Assembly: GCA_964407695.1 (NCBI GenBank)
Contig: CAYOWQ010000001.1
Coordinates: 374,160-438,159 of the forward strand
DNA from: an uncultured Isosphaeraceae bacterium
GTDB lineage: Bacteria; Planctomycetota; Phycisphaerae; Phycisphaerales; SM1A02
Reading direction: 5' to 3'
Length of the DNA stretch: 64,000 nt
Shown: positions 8,697 through 17,709 of the stretch, piece after piece
Numbering within the stretch: the first letter of the stretch is position 1
Layout of the letters: the number at the start of each line of letters is the position of its first letter
Program-made: the position numbers and the translations under genes
The notes under the pieces: generated by a model
Database searches by the model: none
The model's input: the letters and a program-made list of their open reading frames with translations, nothing else
What the model was told of the DNA's origin: nothing

Positions 8697-9644
8697 ATGC
8701 CTGCGTCTCCTCCCACACGGTCCCCGCGTCGAATCCTCCTGGAGGTGGCCGGCTTCAGCATGGGTATTGGTCTCCTGATCTGGTGCATCATGGCGGCCAC
8801 CAGGGCTGGCGGGTGGGACCGCGTCGTTCATGCCGGCCCGGCGATCATCGTCGGTCTGGTCGCGGCTTCGATTCTCAGCCAGATTGCCAACATCCTGATT
8901 TTCTGGCTCACGATTCGGCCGATCCAACCGATCCGCCTCTGGGATCTCACGATCATCAACCTGGTCGTAAGTCTGCTCAACTACGCACCCATCCGCCTCG
9001 GGCTTGCTGCCCGCGTGACCTACCACATTCGCGTTGATCGAATGCCCTGGCTCACCATCGGCGCCTGGCTGGCCGCGATTGTGCTTACGCTTGCCGCCAC
9101 CATGTCTGCAATCGTCGCGGCCGCGCTCATCCATCCATCATTCGATTGGAAGTGGGGTCTGCTCAATGGGGGATTCCTCGCCGCCTCGGGATTTCTCCTT
9201 CAGGCCGTGGGCGGGTGGGCTCTTCTTCAACGCTATGGCCGCGGCCTCGACGTAATCCTCCTGAATCCCGCGTCGCTTTGGGGATCCATGATGTTTCGCT
9301 GTGCTGATCTGGGTGCCTACGCGTGGCGAATCTGGTTGGCCTCGACACTTCTTGGCCTGACGTTCAATCCGGATCAGATCCTGATTCTGGCGATCGCTGC
9401 GCTCACGATCGGAATGAACCCGCTTGGGCGATTCGGCTTCCGCGAGGCGACGGTGGCGTTTGTGGCGTCGCTGCTCGCCGGGCCGGACGCCCGTGCGGTC
9501 GATGGGATCTTCGCACAACTGGCGCTGGTGGAATCGGCGGGTGAGGCCATCGCCGTGATTCCCCTGGGAGCGCTGGCCTCCCTCCGATTCCTCCGCCGAT
9601 TGCGGGCGGCGCCGCGAGTCAGCGAAACCGGGGGTTCTGTGTAG
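8697..9644 (+). CDS. Polytopic membrane protein, LPG-synthase-TM/UPF0104 flippase-like (tentative)
   Basis: First ATG of ORF 8688..9644. About 8 hydrophobic helices. Sits directly after a GT2 gene, as this family often does. No diagnostic motif recognised. Confidence 0.55.
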   Translation: MPASPPTRSPRRILLEVAGFSMGIGLLIWCIMAATRAGGWDRVVHAGPAIIVGLVAASILSQIANILIFWLTIRPIQPIRLWDLTIINLVVSLLNYAPIRLGLAARVTYHIRVDRMPWLTIGAWLAAIVLTLAATMSAIVAAALIHPSFDWKWGLLNGGFLAASGFLLQAVGGWALLQRYGRGLDVILLNPASLWGSMMFRCADLGAYAWRIWLASTLLGLTFNPDQILILAIAALTIGMNPLGRFGFREATVAFVASLLAGPDARAVDGIFAQLALVESAGEAIAVIPLGALASLRFLRRLRAAPRVSETGGSV

Positions 9645-10632
9645 GGTCGGTGTTCTCCGGCAACAACGGTTCATTGCCGGTGGTGGAAGGGGCATCGGTC
9701 TGCTTGACGGCTCCGCGTCGAATCACGGTCGATTCACGGATGGAGCCACGCTGCGAGAGCCCTTCCGTGGGCGTCGCCGTGAAGTCAAGGGACCACTTGG
9801 AGGAATTCTCGACGATCTCGCCGTTCTTGGCATCAATGGTGAGCGACGCATTGGATTGGGCTGATGCAATCTGGGCAGACCACGTGGGCCCGCCGGGTTG
9901 CATGGCCGTAACCTTCACCTCGGGCTTCAGTGTGACGCTGCACGATCCTCCGGAGCGAACCTCTAACAAGGTGCAGTGCGCTGAGAGCTCTACGATTCCG
10001 TTAGCAAAATTGCCGTCCAGCACCAGCGGCCGGGTGTATCCATAGGCCCAGGAGTCATCGGGTTCAGCCGACTCTCTGCCTCCGCCGACGCCGTAGAGGT
10101 TGGTCAGCAGGCTCTTCCATGAGGCCTCGCTCACCACCGACTCGACCGCTTGACGCATTCCGCTGCGTTCCGGCGGCAGAAGGATGGAGTCGGGCAGTCC
10201 GGTGATCGTCCCGATCTCGCCGGTCCGCAGCAGATCGAATCGGATTGGCGTGTCGAGCAAGGCAAGCAGCGCTGGGCTGATGACGGTGGATTTCATTTCC
10301 TGGGGCGCATTGCGTTCGAACGAGACCGTCGTCGTGTCGGCGGTCACTTTCATCTTGACGTCCGCCACCCGGCATTCAAACTGAATCGACTCCGCGGTTT
10401 GGCCGGCGACCTTGGTTTCGAAGGCGAGAGAGACCTCCGCGGTCACGCGCCGGGACGACGCCCTCGCGGTGGCCACCTCCCACTCCGTCGTGCGATCCAG
10501 CGTCCATTCCGTCTGGGCTCCATCGACCTGCTTCGGCAGAAGTCGGACCGGATCGCCCGAGCCGAGTGCTGCCGTACAGACGATGGCCGCGGTCAATGAG
10601 GCGAAGAAGCCAGGGGTGACGGCTTGGTGCAT
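9619..10632 (-). CDS. Hypothetical secreted beta-rich protein
   Basis: Signal-like MHQAVTPGFFASLTAAIVCTAALG. Long uninterrupted ORF 26 nt downstream of TerC. No recognised domain. Confidence 0.6.
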   Translation of the reverse strand: MHQAVTPGFFASLTAAIVCTAALGSGDPVRLLPKQVDGAQTEWTLDRTTEWEVATARASSRRVTAEVSLAFETKVAGQTAESIQFECRVADVKMKVTADTTTVSFERNAPQEMKSTVISPALLALLDTPIRFDLLRTGEIGTITGLPDSILLPPERSGMRQAVESVVSEASWKSLLTNLYGVGGGRESAEPDDSWAYGYTRPLVLDGNFANGIVELSAHCTLLEVRSGGSCSVTLKPEVKVTAMQPGGPTWSAQIASAQSNASLTIDAKNGEIVENSSKWSLDFTATPTEGLSQRGSIRESTVIRRGAVKQTDAPSTTGNEPLLPENTDPTQNPRFR

Positions 10633-10658
10633 GCGAAAACCTCCTCAGGTCAGATAGC

Positions 10659-11678
10659 CTAGGTCGGTTCGGGTCCCGACTCTCTCCGGTCGGGGGCATC
10701 TTCCGCCGGATCGATCTCTCCTCGCTCCGGGGCGAACAACGACGCGATGACCCCGGCGGCCAGGATGCCTCCGATTGCCGCGAGCGAAATGTTGTCGGGG
10801 ATGGGCGCATGTTGGTGCAGCAGCATCTTGACGCCGATGAAGGCCAGCAGAATGATGAGCGCGGTCTTGAGATACCGGAATTTCTCGATCAGCCCTGCCA
10901 GCACGAAGTAGAGCGACCGCAATCCCATGATGGCGAAGATATTGGAGGTGAACACGATCAGGGTGTCGGTCGTCACGCCGAAGCACGCCGGAATCGAATC
11001 AATGGCGAACATGACGTCACAGGTGCACACCAGAATCAGGGCGAGCATGAGCGGAGTCATCATGCGAACTCCGTTGAGGGTGACGAAGAAATTGCCCCCG
11101 TGGAAGTCCGACGAAATCGGGTAGAGCCGCCGGGCGATCCGCACCGCGATGTTGCGATCCGGATGAATGTCCTCCTCCTTCATGATCAGCATCTTGCCGG
11201 CGGTCAGAATCAAAAGGGCGCCGAAGACATACATCACCCAGTCAAATCGATGAACCAGGGCGGCCCCCCCGATGATCATCACCCCGCGCAACAGGAGTGC
11301 TCCCACGACACCCCAGAACAGGACTCGATGTTGCTGCTGAAGAGGCACCCGGAAGAACGCGAAGATCATCGCGAAGACCAGCATGTTGTCGATGGAAAGC
11401 GATTGCTCCAGCAGGTAGCACTGCAGAAACCGAATGGCCGCGGTGCCCCCGTCCAGATCCGTCTCATACACGTTTCGAAAATCGAGCCAGTTGTGCTCGG
11501 GTGAGTACAGGAAATAGATCAGCCCGTTGAACAGGAAAGCAAGAGTCACCCAGGCCATGGTGCGCATGGCCGCTTCCCGAATGGTGATGACATGTGAATC
11601 GCGGTGGAAGAGCCCGAGATCCAGCAGCATCAGGGCAACAATGACGATCGAAAAGACGGCCAGGAATACGAAGAGCAT
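10659..11678 (-). CDS. TerC/Alx family integral membrane protein
   Basis: Start set at ATG 11678, with GGAGA 5 nt upstream (the tracked ORF begins at GTG 11702). LEQSLSIDNMLVFAMIF and MFAIDSIPACFGVT are the duplicated TerC motifs. Confidence 0.9.
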   Translation of the reverse strand: MLFVFLAVFSIVIVALMLLDLGLFHRDSHVITIREAAMRTMAWVTLAFLFNGLIYFLYSPEHNWLDFRNVYETDLDGGTAAIRFLQCYLLEQSLSIDNMLVFAMIFAFFRVPLQQQHRVLFWGVVGALLLRGVMIIGGAALVHRFDWVMYVFGALLILTAGKMLIMKEEDIHPDRNIAVRIARRLYPISSDFHGGNFFVTLNGVRMMTPLMLALILVCTCDVMFAIDSIPACFGVTTDTLIVFTSNIFAIMGLRSLYFVLAGLIEKFRYLKTALIILLAFIGVKMLLHQHAPIPDNISLAAIGGILAAGVIASLFAPERGEIDPAEDAPDRRESGPEPT

Positions 11679-11869
11679 CTGGTCTCCGAAGGGGAGGCCC
11701 ACAGCTTACCCGCGCCGACGGCAGGGCGGCGAATCGCGGGAAATGAGTGCGACCAAATCACTCGTTCCCGGTATCCGAGATCATCGCAGGGTGATATCCT
11801 CACCTTTGCGCAGCTCCGGTCGAATCGCGCCTCACCATGCCCGGCGAGCCGACCGGCCCAGAGTGAATT

Positions 11870-12646
11870 ATGACCCACATCTCGCTCCTTCCGTTCCTTC
11901 TTGCCCAGACCGGTTCCGATTCGCCCCCCAGCGGCGGCGAAACGGTGGAGGTCATGAGCATCTTCGACTACATCCATCACGGCGGAGTGCTTTCCTATGT
12001 GCTCATCGGGCTCTCGTTTGTGGCTCTGGCCCTGATCGTTCGCAATCTCCTGGCCTTGCGACTGACCCAGATCGTTCCGCCGGAGGCGGTCCAGGAACTC
12101 GAGAAGCACCTGAAAACGCATGATCTCTCCGGCGCGCTTCGCTATTGCATGCAGACGGAGGATCGCAGCTTTCTGACCAACATCTTTGAACAGGCTCTGG
12201 AACGATGCGCTGCGTCGCCGTTCGGCGCGATCGAGCTTCGGTCCGCCGTGGAGGATGCCGCTCAAACCGAGGTCGATCGACTGCACAGTCTCAACGACGG
12301 CGTCGGCATCATCGCGGCCGTCGGCCCCATGCTCGGCCTGCTCGGAACCGTCATCGGTATGATCGGTGCGTTCCACACGATCGGCTCGCTCGAGGGTGCG
12401 GCGCGGTCAAGTGAGTTGGCCCGCTTCATGTCGATGGCTCTCGTGTGCACCGCCGAGGGGCTGACCGTTGCCATCCCGTGCACCGTCGTGTTTGCCATGT
12501 TCCGTCGCCGCATCACCAACCTCGTCGGTGAGGCCGGGCGGATCATGGAGAGCCTGATCTGCCTTGTGGCCCCCCGGGCCGACGGGCATCATCGGCCCAC
12601 GAGTCGAACGGTTCCCAGCGGTCCCGCGGTCACTCAGGTTCGTTGA
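11870..12646 (+). CDS. exbB: MotA/TolQ/ExbB proton-channel protein
   Basis: GIIAAVGPMLGLLGTVIGMIGAF ... MSMALVCTAEGLTVAIPCTVVFAMFRRR. Confidence 0.88.
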   Translation: MTHISLLPFLLAQTGSDSPPSGGETVEVMSIFDYIHHGGVLSYVLIGLSFVALALIVRNLLALRLTQIVPPEAVQELEKHLKTHDLSGALRYCMQTEDRSFLTNIFEQALERCAASPFGAIELRSAVEDAAQTEVDRLHSLNDGVGIIAAVGPMLGLLGTVIGMIGAFHTIGSLEGAARSSELARFMSMALVCTAEGLTVAIPCTVVFAMFRRRITNLVGEAGRIMESLICLVAPRADGHHRPTSRTVPSGPAVTQVR

Positions 12647-12652
12647 TCCGCC

Positions 12653-13090
12653 ATGCGCCTACCGGGCTCGAATAACGAAGAGGAAGCCGGCTTCGACCTC
12701 ACGCCGATGATCGATGTCATTTTGCTCTTGATCATCTTTTTCATGCTCTCCTCGCAGTTCGCCCAGTCGCAGCTGCGTCCGATGGATCTGCCGCGTGAGA
12801 GGGGCCAGAAGGCCGCTCAGCAGAATCAGTCGAAGGTGATCATCGACATGGATCGGGAAGGCAAGCTCAGCATCCTTGGCCGATCATTCGAGATTGAGGA
12901 GCTTGGCGACCTGATCAATCTGCCCAAGGATCGGGAGTCAGCGCTGGCCGTGGATGTCATCGTACGGGCGGACCGATCCGGATCGGCGGTGTATCTCAAT
13001 CGCCTCGCGGACGTGCTCGTACAGTTGGGTGTGAACAAGTGGCGACTGGCGACGAATGCCGACTTGGCGCCGGCAGAGGGCTCGCCGTGA
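12653..13090 (+). CDS. exbD: ExbD/TolR biopolymer transport protein
   Basis: FDLTPMIDVILLLIIFFML single TM, with an ExbD periplasmic domain. Confidence 0.88.
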   Translation: MRLPGSNNEEEAGFDLTPMIDVILLLIIFFMLSSQFAQSQLRPMDLPRERGQKAAQQNQSKVIIDMDREGKLSILGRSFEIEELGDLINLPKDRESALAVDVIVRADRSGSAVYLNRLADVLVQLGVNKWRLATNADLAPAEGSP

Positions 13091-13512
13091 GGCTTGAACG
13101 CAATTCCACAACCCTGGATCCGTCCAAGCTTCGTCTCCCTCTGGTGGCGCTGATCGATGTCATTCTGTTTCTGCTGATCTACTTCCTGTATGCGGGCTCG
13201 CTGGATGCCGAGGAAGCGCAACTTGCCGCCGCACTCCAATCCCGACAGGCGGGCGGCGGCGGACTTTTCGACCTTGAGCCGCAGATTCTCAACGTCGACG
13301 AGACCGACGGAACGGCAGTTTTTCGCATCGGCAGCCTTGAATTCAAGGATCGCTCCTCGTTGGTGAACGCCCTGAAAAAACTGCCCCCCGACGCCGGTAT
13401 CACTATTCGTGTGGCCGATCGGGCCTCGGTGGCGGCCGCGGCGGCGGCTACGCAAGCCTGCCACGACGCGGGATTTAGCAAGATCAGTTATCTGCCGGCC
13501 AAGTCGCCCTGA
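13087..13512 (+). CDS. exbD: ExbD/TolR biopolymer transport protein (second copy)
   Basis: GTG 13087 overlaps the upstream stop (GTGA). LRLPLVALIDVILFLLIYFL. Confidence 0.8.
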   Translation: MRLERNSTTLDPSKLRLPLVALIDVILFLLIYFLYAGSLDAEEAQLAAALQSRQAGGGGLFDLEPQILNVDETDGTAVFRIGSLEFKDRSSLVNALKKLPPDAGITIRVADRASVAAAAAATQACHDAGFSKISYLPAKSP

Positions 13513-14789
13513 TTGCCATCGTCGGGGTGGTCCCATCGCCAAGCCTCGGCCAAAGTCCTCCGCAAACCATCGTTACGAACGAGATATCCCAGGCGCAGCC
13601 TTTCGCCCGCGCTGCCGAGCCACTTGGCACGGCCCGAACTTCGATCCACACGTCCGAGCGCCCGGCGGACGTCCTCGATAGTCCCTTCCGCGGCACCGCG
13701 GCCCGCTGCGCTGAACCGGGCAAGCCACCCGACCACGGCAGCGCCGAGAACATGGGCCGCGAGACCGCTCGTCATGGACCAGCCGTAATAGCCGGAACCC
13801 CAGCAACGCCCTCCAAGGATCGACGCGCGTAGGTATCGGCTCATCAACTCGTCGATGCTTGGATCGTCAGCGATTCCTACGGCATTGACCTGCTCAAAGG
13901 TGACCTTGTTCGACCAGCCGGGTCCGATTTGCGGGACAGGTCCTGATCCGCGCGAAAAAATTCGGCTGCGCCGAAGCTGAGAAAACGTGATCCGCCATCT
14001 CCCCAGTTTCGCCGCGTCGCCGATCTTTACATCCTCAGTTCGCGAGAACACCGCCTGCCGAAACAGCCGCCGCTGTCCCGCCGACGGCGGATCAACCGGG
14101 TGAAGGGGAAGCTCCCCGGGCAATGCCACCGTCAGAATTTCGAGGAGTTCATCAAACCGGTCACCCCGAACCGTTTCAAATCTCGCACCTGCAAGAGATT
14201 GTGACAGCCACGCGAGGCCGTCAAATCGGATTCGCCAGGGAAGGTCGCGGCGGCCAAGCCAGTCAATCAGGGCCTTGATGAGCGATCGTTCTTCATCGGT
14301 GGTAGCCCGAAGGCGGCGGCCAAGAAGGGGTGGGGCAAATTGCTGGAGCGTTTCCGGAATGCGAGCCCCCATTCTCGCGAGCTCGTCCCGGTGAGAACCG
14401 AGTGCAGCTCCCTTGCTTTCCAGAACGCTCTGGCAGGCAAAGTTCACTCCCATCCGAGGTCCGGAAGCCGACGGGGACAGATGAAATGGAAAGAGTTGAC
14501 AGGCAATTGGTTTATTTTCGAAGCCGAATTCAGCATGAACGCGACATTTGCCGTCAGATTCGAGGAAGATACAGGATCCATCGGGCCGCTGGCGAAGGTA
14601 ACGAACCCCACGGAACTCAACGGTAATCGGCTCACCAAGTCGGGTCTCCCAACCCTGCACGGCCAAGAGGCGCAAGTCCTCATCCCTGAGTTGAACGGTG
14701 AAATCCCGGCAGCAGTTGCCGCAGCCGTGGCAGGAGTAGCGCTGTACCGGGAGGTTGAGCGTGAGGATGGGAAGGCCAACGTTGGACAA
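13488..14789 (-). CDS. YkgJ/CxxCxxCC cysteine-cluster protein, long FliB-like form
   Basis: N-terminal CHGCGNCC, CIFLESDGKCRVH and IACQLFPF, followed by a roughly 300-aa helical extension. Confidence 0.8.
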   Translation of the reverse strand: MSNVGLPILTLNLPVQRYSCHGCGNCCRDFTVQLRDEDLRLLAVQGWETRLGEPITVEFRGVRYLRQRPDGSCIFLESDGKCRVHAEFGFENKPIACQLFPFHLSPSASGPRMGVNFACQSVLESKGAALGSHRDELARMGARIPETLQQFAPPLLGRRLRATTDEERSLIKALIDWLGRRDLPWRIRFDGLAWLSQSLAGARFETVRGDRFDELLEILTVALPGELPLHPVDPPSAGQRRLFRQAVFSRTEDVKIGDAAKLGRWRITFSQLRRSRIFSRGSGPVPQIGPGWSNKVTFEQVNAVGIADDPSIDELMSRYLRASILGGRCWGSGYYGWSMTSGLAAHVLGAAVVGWLARFSAAGRGAAEGTIEDVRRALGRVDRSSGRAKWLGSAGERLRLGYLVRNDGLRRTLAEAWRWDHPDDGNQGDLAGR

Positions 14790-14958
14790 TTGGGCGATCC
14801 ATGCTGATCAGGGGCGGATGCCGGAGTTAATTGGGGCAGTCTACGTGCGTTTTTCCACAAATGCCGAACAGTCTTCGGTGAGGTCTTGTCGAGACAGAAA
14901 ATGCTGCAATGATCGGGATTTCCCTGCGTTTGGCTGTTGGAAAAGAGCTCGAAGCCCA

Positions 14959-15591
14959 ATGCCCGATCCACTGAATGATAACCTCCTGTTCCGCAGCTAC
15001 TTAGGCGATGAGACTCTCGGCGACGATTTGATTCGAATCGACGAGCAGCTTGCTGAGTTAGCTCAGCGTTATCGCCCGAGCGAGGCAGCATTGAAGCTGC
15101 TCAACGATCGAATCGTGGCCGCCAGTGTGCAAATGCTACCGGTGCCGGCTCCGCTGGTGTTCGACCGCGAAGCGGCCGCGGGACTGAAGCAAGCTGCAGG
15201 ATTCGCCGAGTTTCGGGCTCATGCTGCTCGTCGCGGTCGGTTTGCCATGGCTGCGGCAATCCTGCTGGTGCTATCGGTCGGTGGTTTCTTCATGCGAACG
15301 ACGCCCGGCGGCCGCGGGTCGATGATGGCGGCCGATCTTGGCGCCGGGTTGAGCACCGGGTTGAACATTGGTCTGGGTTCGGTGGAGGAAGCTCCGAGCG
15401 AGAGCGAAGCCGTGCTGATGGCCTTGATGAAGGAGACGCGACCTCGGGCGATGTCTTCGCTGACGGATGTCGTGGATGCCGGGAGCGTGGCCGCGATTTC
15501 ACCGGTCCTCTCAACCCGATCCGCGTCCTACGACGATTTTGCTTCCGAGATGGAGGCCATGCTGGGTGAGGCTTCGGGACCATCACTGTGA
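14959..15591 (+). CDS. Hypothetical single-pass membrane protein
   Basis: Trimmed to ATG 14959 (MPDPLNDNLLFRSYLGDE...). Central TM FAMAAAILLVLSVGGFF. Resembles an anti-sigma layout, but no sigma gene is adjacent. Confidence 0.5.
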   Translation: MPDPLNDNLLFRSYLGDETLGDDLIRIDEQLAELAQRYRPSEAALKLLNDRIVAASVQMLPVPAPLVFDREAAAGLKQAAGFAEFRAHAARRGRFAMAAAILLVLSVGGFFMRTTPGGRGSMMAADLGAGLSTGLNIGLGSVEEAPSESEAVLMALMKETRPRAMSSLTDVVDAGSVAAISPVLSTRSASYDDFASEMEAMLGEASGPSL

Positions 15592-15679
15592 GGCGCGCTG
15601 CAGGGATCGTGTAAGGTGCATCATGAGCTTTGCTGCCGCAATGCCGGCAAAGTGACGCCGACGAAAGGGCCGCCTCTCG

Positions 15680-16591
15680 ATGAATCGAATCTTGCTTGGC
15701 ATGGGTCTTGGGGCTTCGCTTCTTCTGGCGACCGGTCGAGGTGTCACGCCGCCGAATGCCGTTCCGCCCAGCGCATCGCCGAACCAACCCCCGACGGAGA
15801 TTCGCGAACGGGGTCGTGGTGTCGAAAATGTGCCTCATCGACATGAGGGTGAAGCGATCGGTCAGCCATCTGATCGTGATCCTCGATTTCAGCGTCTGCG
15901 TGAGTCGATGGGAGAACGAATCAAGGACAGGGAGGGGCGGCAGTTCTCACCGGAGAAGATCAAGGCCTTTCTTGAGGTGGTGAACGACCTCAATCCGAAA
16001 TGGGCTGAAGAATGGCGGACGAAATTCAAGGACAATCCGGAGGGGATGCGAAAGGCGCTCGCCCGGATGGCCCCGCGGTTCATGATGCTCGTCGCCCTTC
16101 GAGAGCAGAACGAGGAGCTCTACAAGGTTCGCATCAGTGAATTCAAAATGCAGGATGAGTTCCGGCATCTGTGCAAGCAGATCAAGGCTGCCCAGGATCA
16201 GAAGAATGAAACGCTTGCCGGCGAGCTCACCACGAGAATCAAGAAACTGGCGACGATGCTTGTCGACATCAGTCTCAAGGCTCAAAGCCTCGAACTCTTC
16301 GAGATGGATCGGCAAGTTCAGGAGCTTCGCAAACAGCTTGAACAACGAGCCAAGCCCGACAACCGAACGGCCATGATCGACAGGATGGTGCATGACGCCA
16401 TCAGCGGCCAGCTCAACGACCCGGCGTCGACACTGAACGTGCGCTCGCTTCCCATCGGTGATTCGACCGCGCCGGGTCAGGCAGACGAGTCGGCCTCGCC
16501 CGATGCGCCGGAGGCGGGCGACAACAACAAGGATGCCGCCGACGACGTGGCGCCGACGTCGGTTCCCGGCTCGTCTTCAGCCAACCCATGA
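15680..16591 (+). CDS. Hypothetical periplasmic helical/coiled-coil protein (Spy/CpxP-like at best)
   Basis: Signal MNRILLGMGLGASLLLATG. Charged helical core (EELYKVRISEFKMQDEFRHLCKQIKAAQDQ...). ATGA overlap with the next permease gene. Confidence 0.55.
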   Translation: MNRILLGMGLGASLLLATGRGVTPPNAVPPSASPNQPPTEIRERGRGVENVPHRHEGEAIGQPSDRDPRFQRLRESMGERIKDREGRQFSPEKIKAFLEVVNDLNPKWAEEWRTKFKDNPEGMRKALARMAPRFMMLVALREQNEELYKVRISEFKMQDEFRHLCKQIKAAQDQKNETLAGELTTRIKKLATMLVDISLKAQSLELFEMDRQVQELRKQLEQRAKPDNRTAMIDRMVHDAISGQLNDPASTLNVRSLPIGDSTAPGQADESASPDAPEAGDNNKDAADDVAPTSVPGSSSANP

Positions 16592-17598
16592 CCGTTTTGC
16601 CACTTGGTTCGGCTGAAGCAGTCCGAACCCCGCAGCGCCGATCAAGCGCGCCGGCCGTCTGGATCTGGGCCGGAATGCTGATCGGAATGTTGCTGGCCTG
16701 CCTCGCCACGCTCCCGTGGACGATGGGATCGGAGAGCTCGGGGCATGGTGCGGCCCAGAGCCGTCGGTACGAGGCCACGAACCTCGATCTCAATCTCCTC
16801 CCCCCACGGTGGTGGATGCACTCGCCCGACGATCGGGTGCGCCTGGAAGGTGCGGATTCGGCCGCGCTGCCGCCACGGTGGCTGGGAACCGATCGACTCG
16901 GCCGAGATGTTGGGATTCGGTGTCTTGCCGGCGGCGGAATCAGCCTCGGAATCGGGCTCGCAGCTGCGGCGATTGCCGTCCTGATCGGTACGCTCTATGG
17001 CTCGTGGTCGGGGTATGCGGGTGGGAAGACCGATGCGGTGATGATGCGGATTCTTGACATCCTCTACAGCCTTCCATCAATCCTGCTGGTGGTGTTGCTC
17101 GCGGTTGCAGTCGAGGGATATCTCGCGTCACGAGGGACCGATCTTGGCCCGGTGCAGCGTCAGGCGGTGAACGTTGCCACGCTCCTGTTGGCTATCGGCG
17201 GCGTCAGCTGGCTGACGATGGCGCGAGTCATCCGCGGCCAGGTGCTCAGCTTGAAACAGCGGCCGTTCATCGAGGCGTGCCGAGCGATGGGAATGTCAAC
17301 GCCGCGGATCTTCTGCAGACATCTGCTTCCGAATCTCCTGGGGCCGATCACGGTCTATGCGACCTTGACGGTACCGGCCGCGATTCTCTCGGAATCGTTT
17401 CTGTCGTTCCTGGGAATCGGGGTCAAGGAGCCGCTTCCGTCATGGGGAAATCTTGCAGCGGATGGACTGAGCGAGCTGAACCTCGTCAATTCTCACTGGT
17501 GGATGCTGCTGTTTCCGTGCCTGTTTATCGCAGTGACGCTCCTGGGTCTGAACTTCATCGGCGAGTCGCTCCGAGCGCGATTCGATCCGGGGCGTTAG
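16588..17598 (+). CDS. Peptide/nickel ABC transporter permease, OppC/DppC type (copy 1)
   Basis: LGTDRLGRDV box and EAA-loop region IEACRAMGMSTPRIFCRHLLPN. Confidence 0.88.
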   Translation: MTVLPLGSAEAVRTPQRRSSAPAVWIWAGMLIGMLLACLATLPWTMGSESSGHGAAQSRRYEATNLDLNLLPPRWWMHSPDDRVRLEGADSAALPPRWLGTDRLGRDVGIRCLAGGGISLGIGLAAAAIAVLIGTLYGSWSGYAGGKTDAVMMRILDILYSLPSILLVVLLAVAVEGYLASRGTDLGPVQRQAVNVATLLLAIGGVSWLTMARVIRGQVLSLKQRPFIEACRAMGMSTPRIFCRHLLPNLLGPITVYATLTVPAAILSESFLSFLGIGVKEPLPSWGNLAADGLSELNLVNSHWWMLLFPCLFIAVTLLGLNFIGESLRARFDPGR

Positions 17599-17709
17599 AT
17601 CGGGTTCTGCACGGGATCGGCCCGAAGTGGCGGACGTATTTGATCATGGTCGGTGTTGAACGTAGTCTAAACATTCTCACCTCCCGTCGTTGGAAACAGA
17701 CACACTCAG

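Noticed and set aside
9619-9644. Convergent 3' overlaps (8697..9644 with 9619..10632; also 13087..13512 with 13488..14789)
   Set aside because: Overlaps of 25-26 nt at convergent gene ends are common in compact GC-rich genomes. There is no evidence of a functional antisense arrangement.
11679-11869. Possible yybP-ykoY (Mn) riboswitch in the leader of the TerC/Alx gene
   Set aside because: The reverse-strand leader has only a loose AAAGGTGAGGAT resemblance to the conserved GGGGAGUAG. It lacks the second conserved ACAUA/GAGAC half, so the motif is not supported by eye. A covariance-model scan would settle it.
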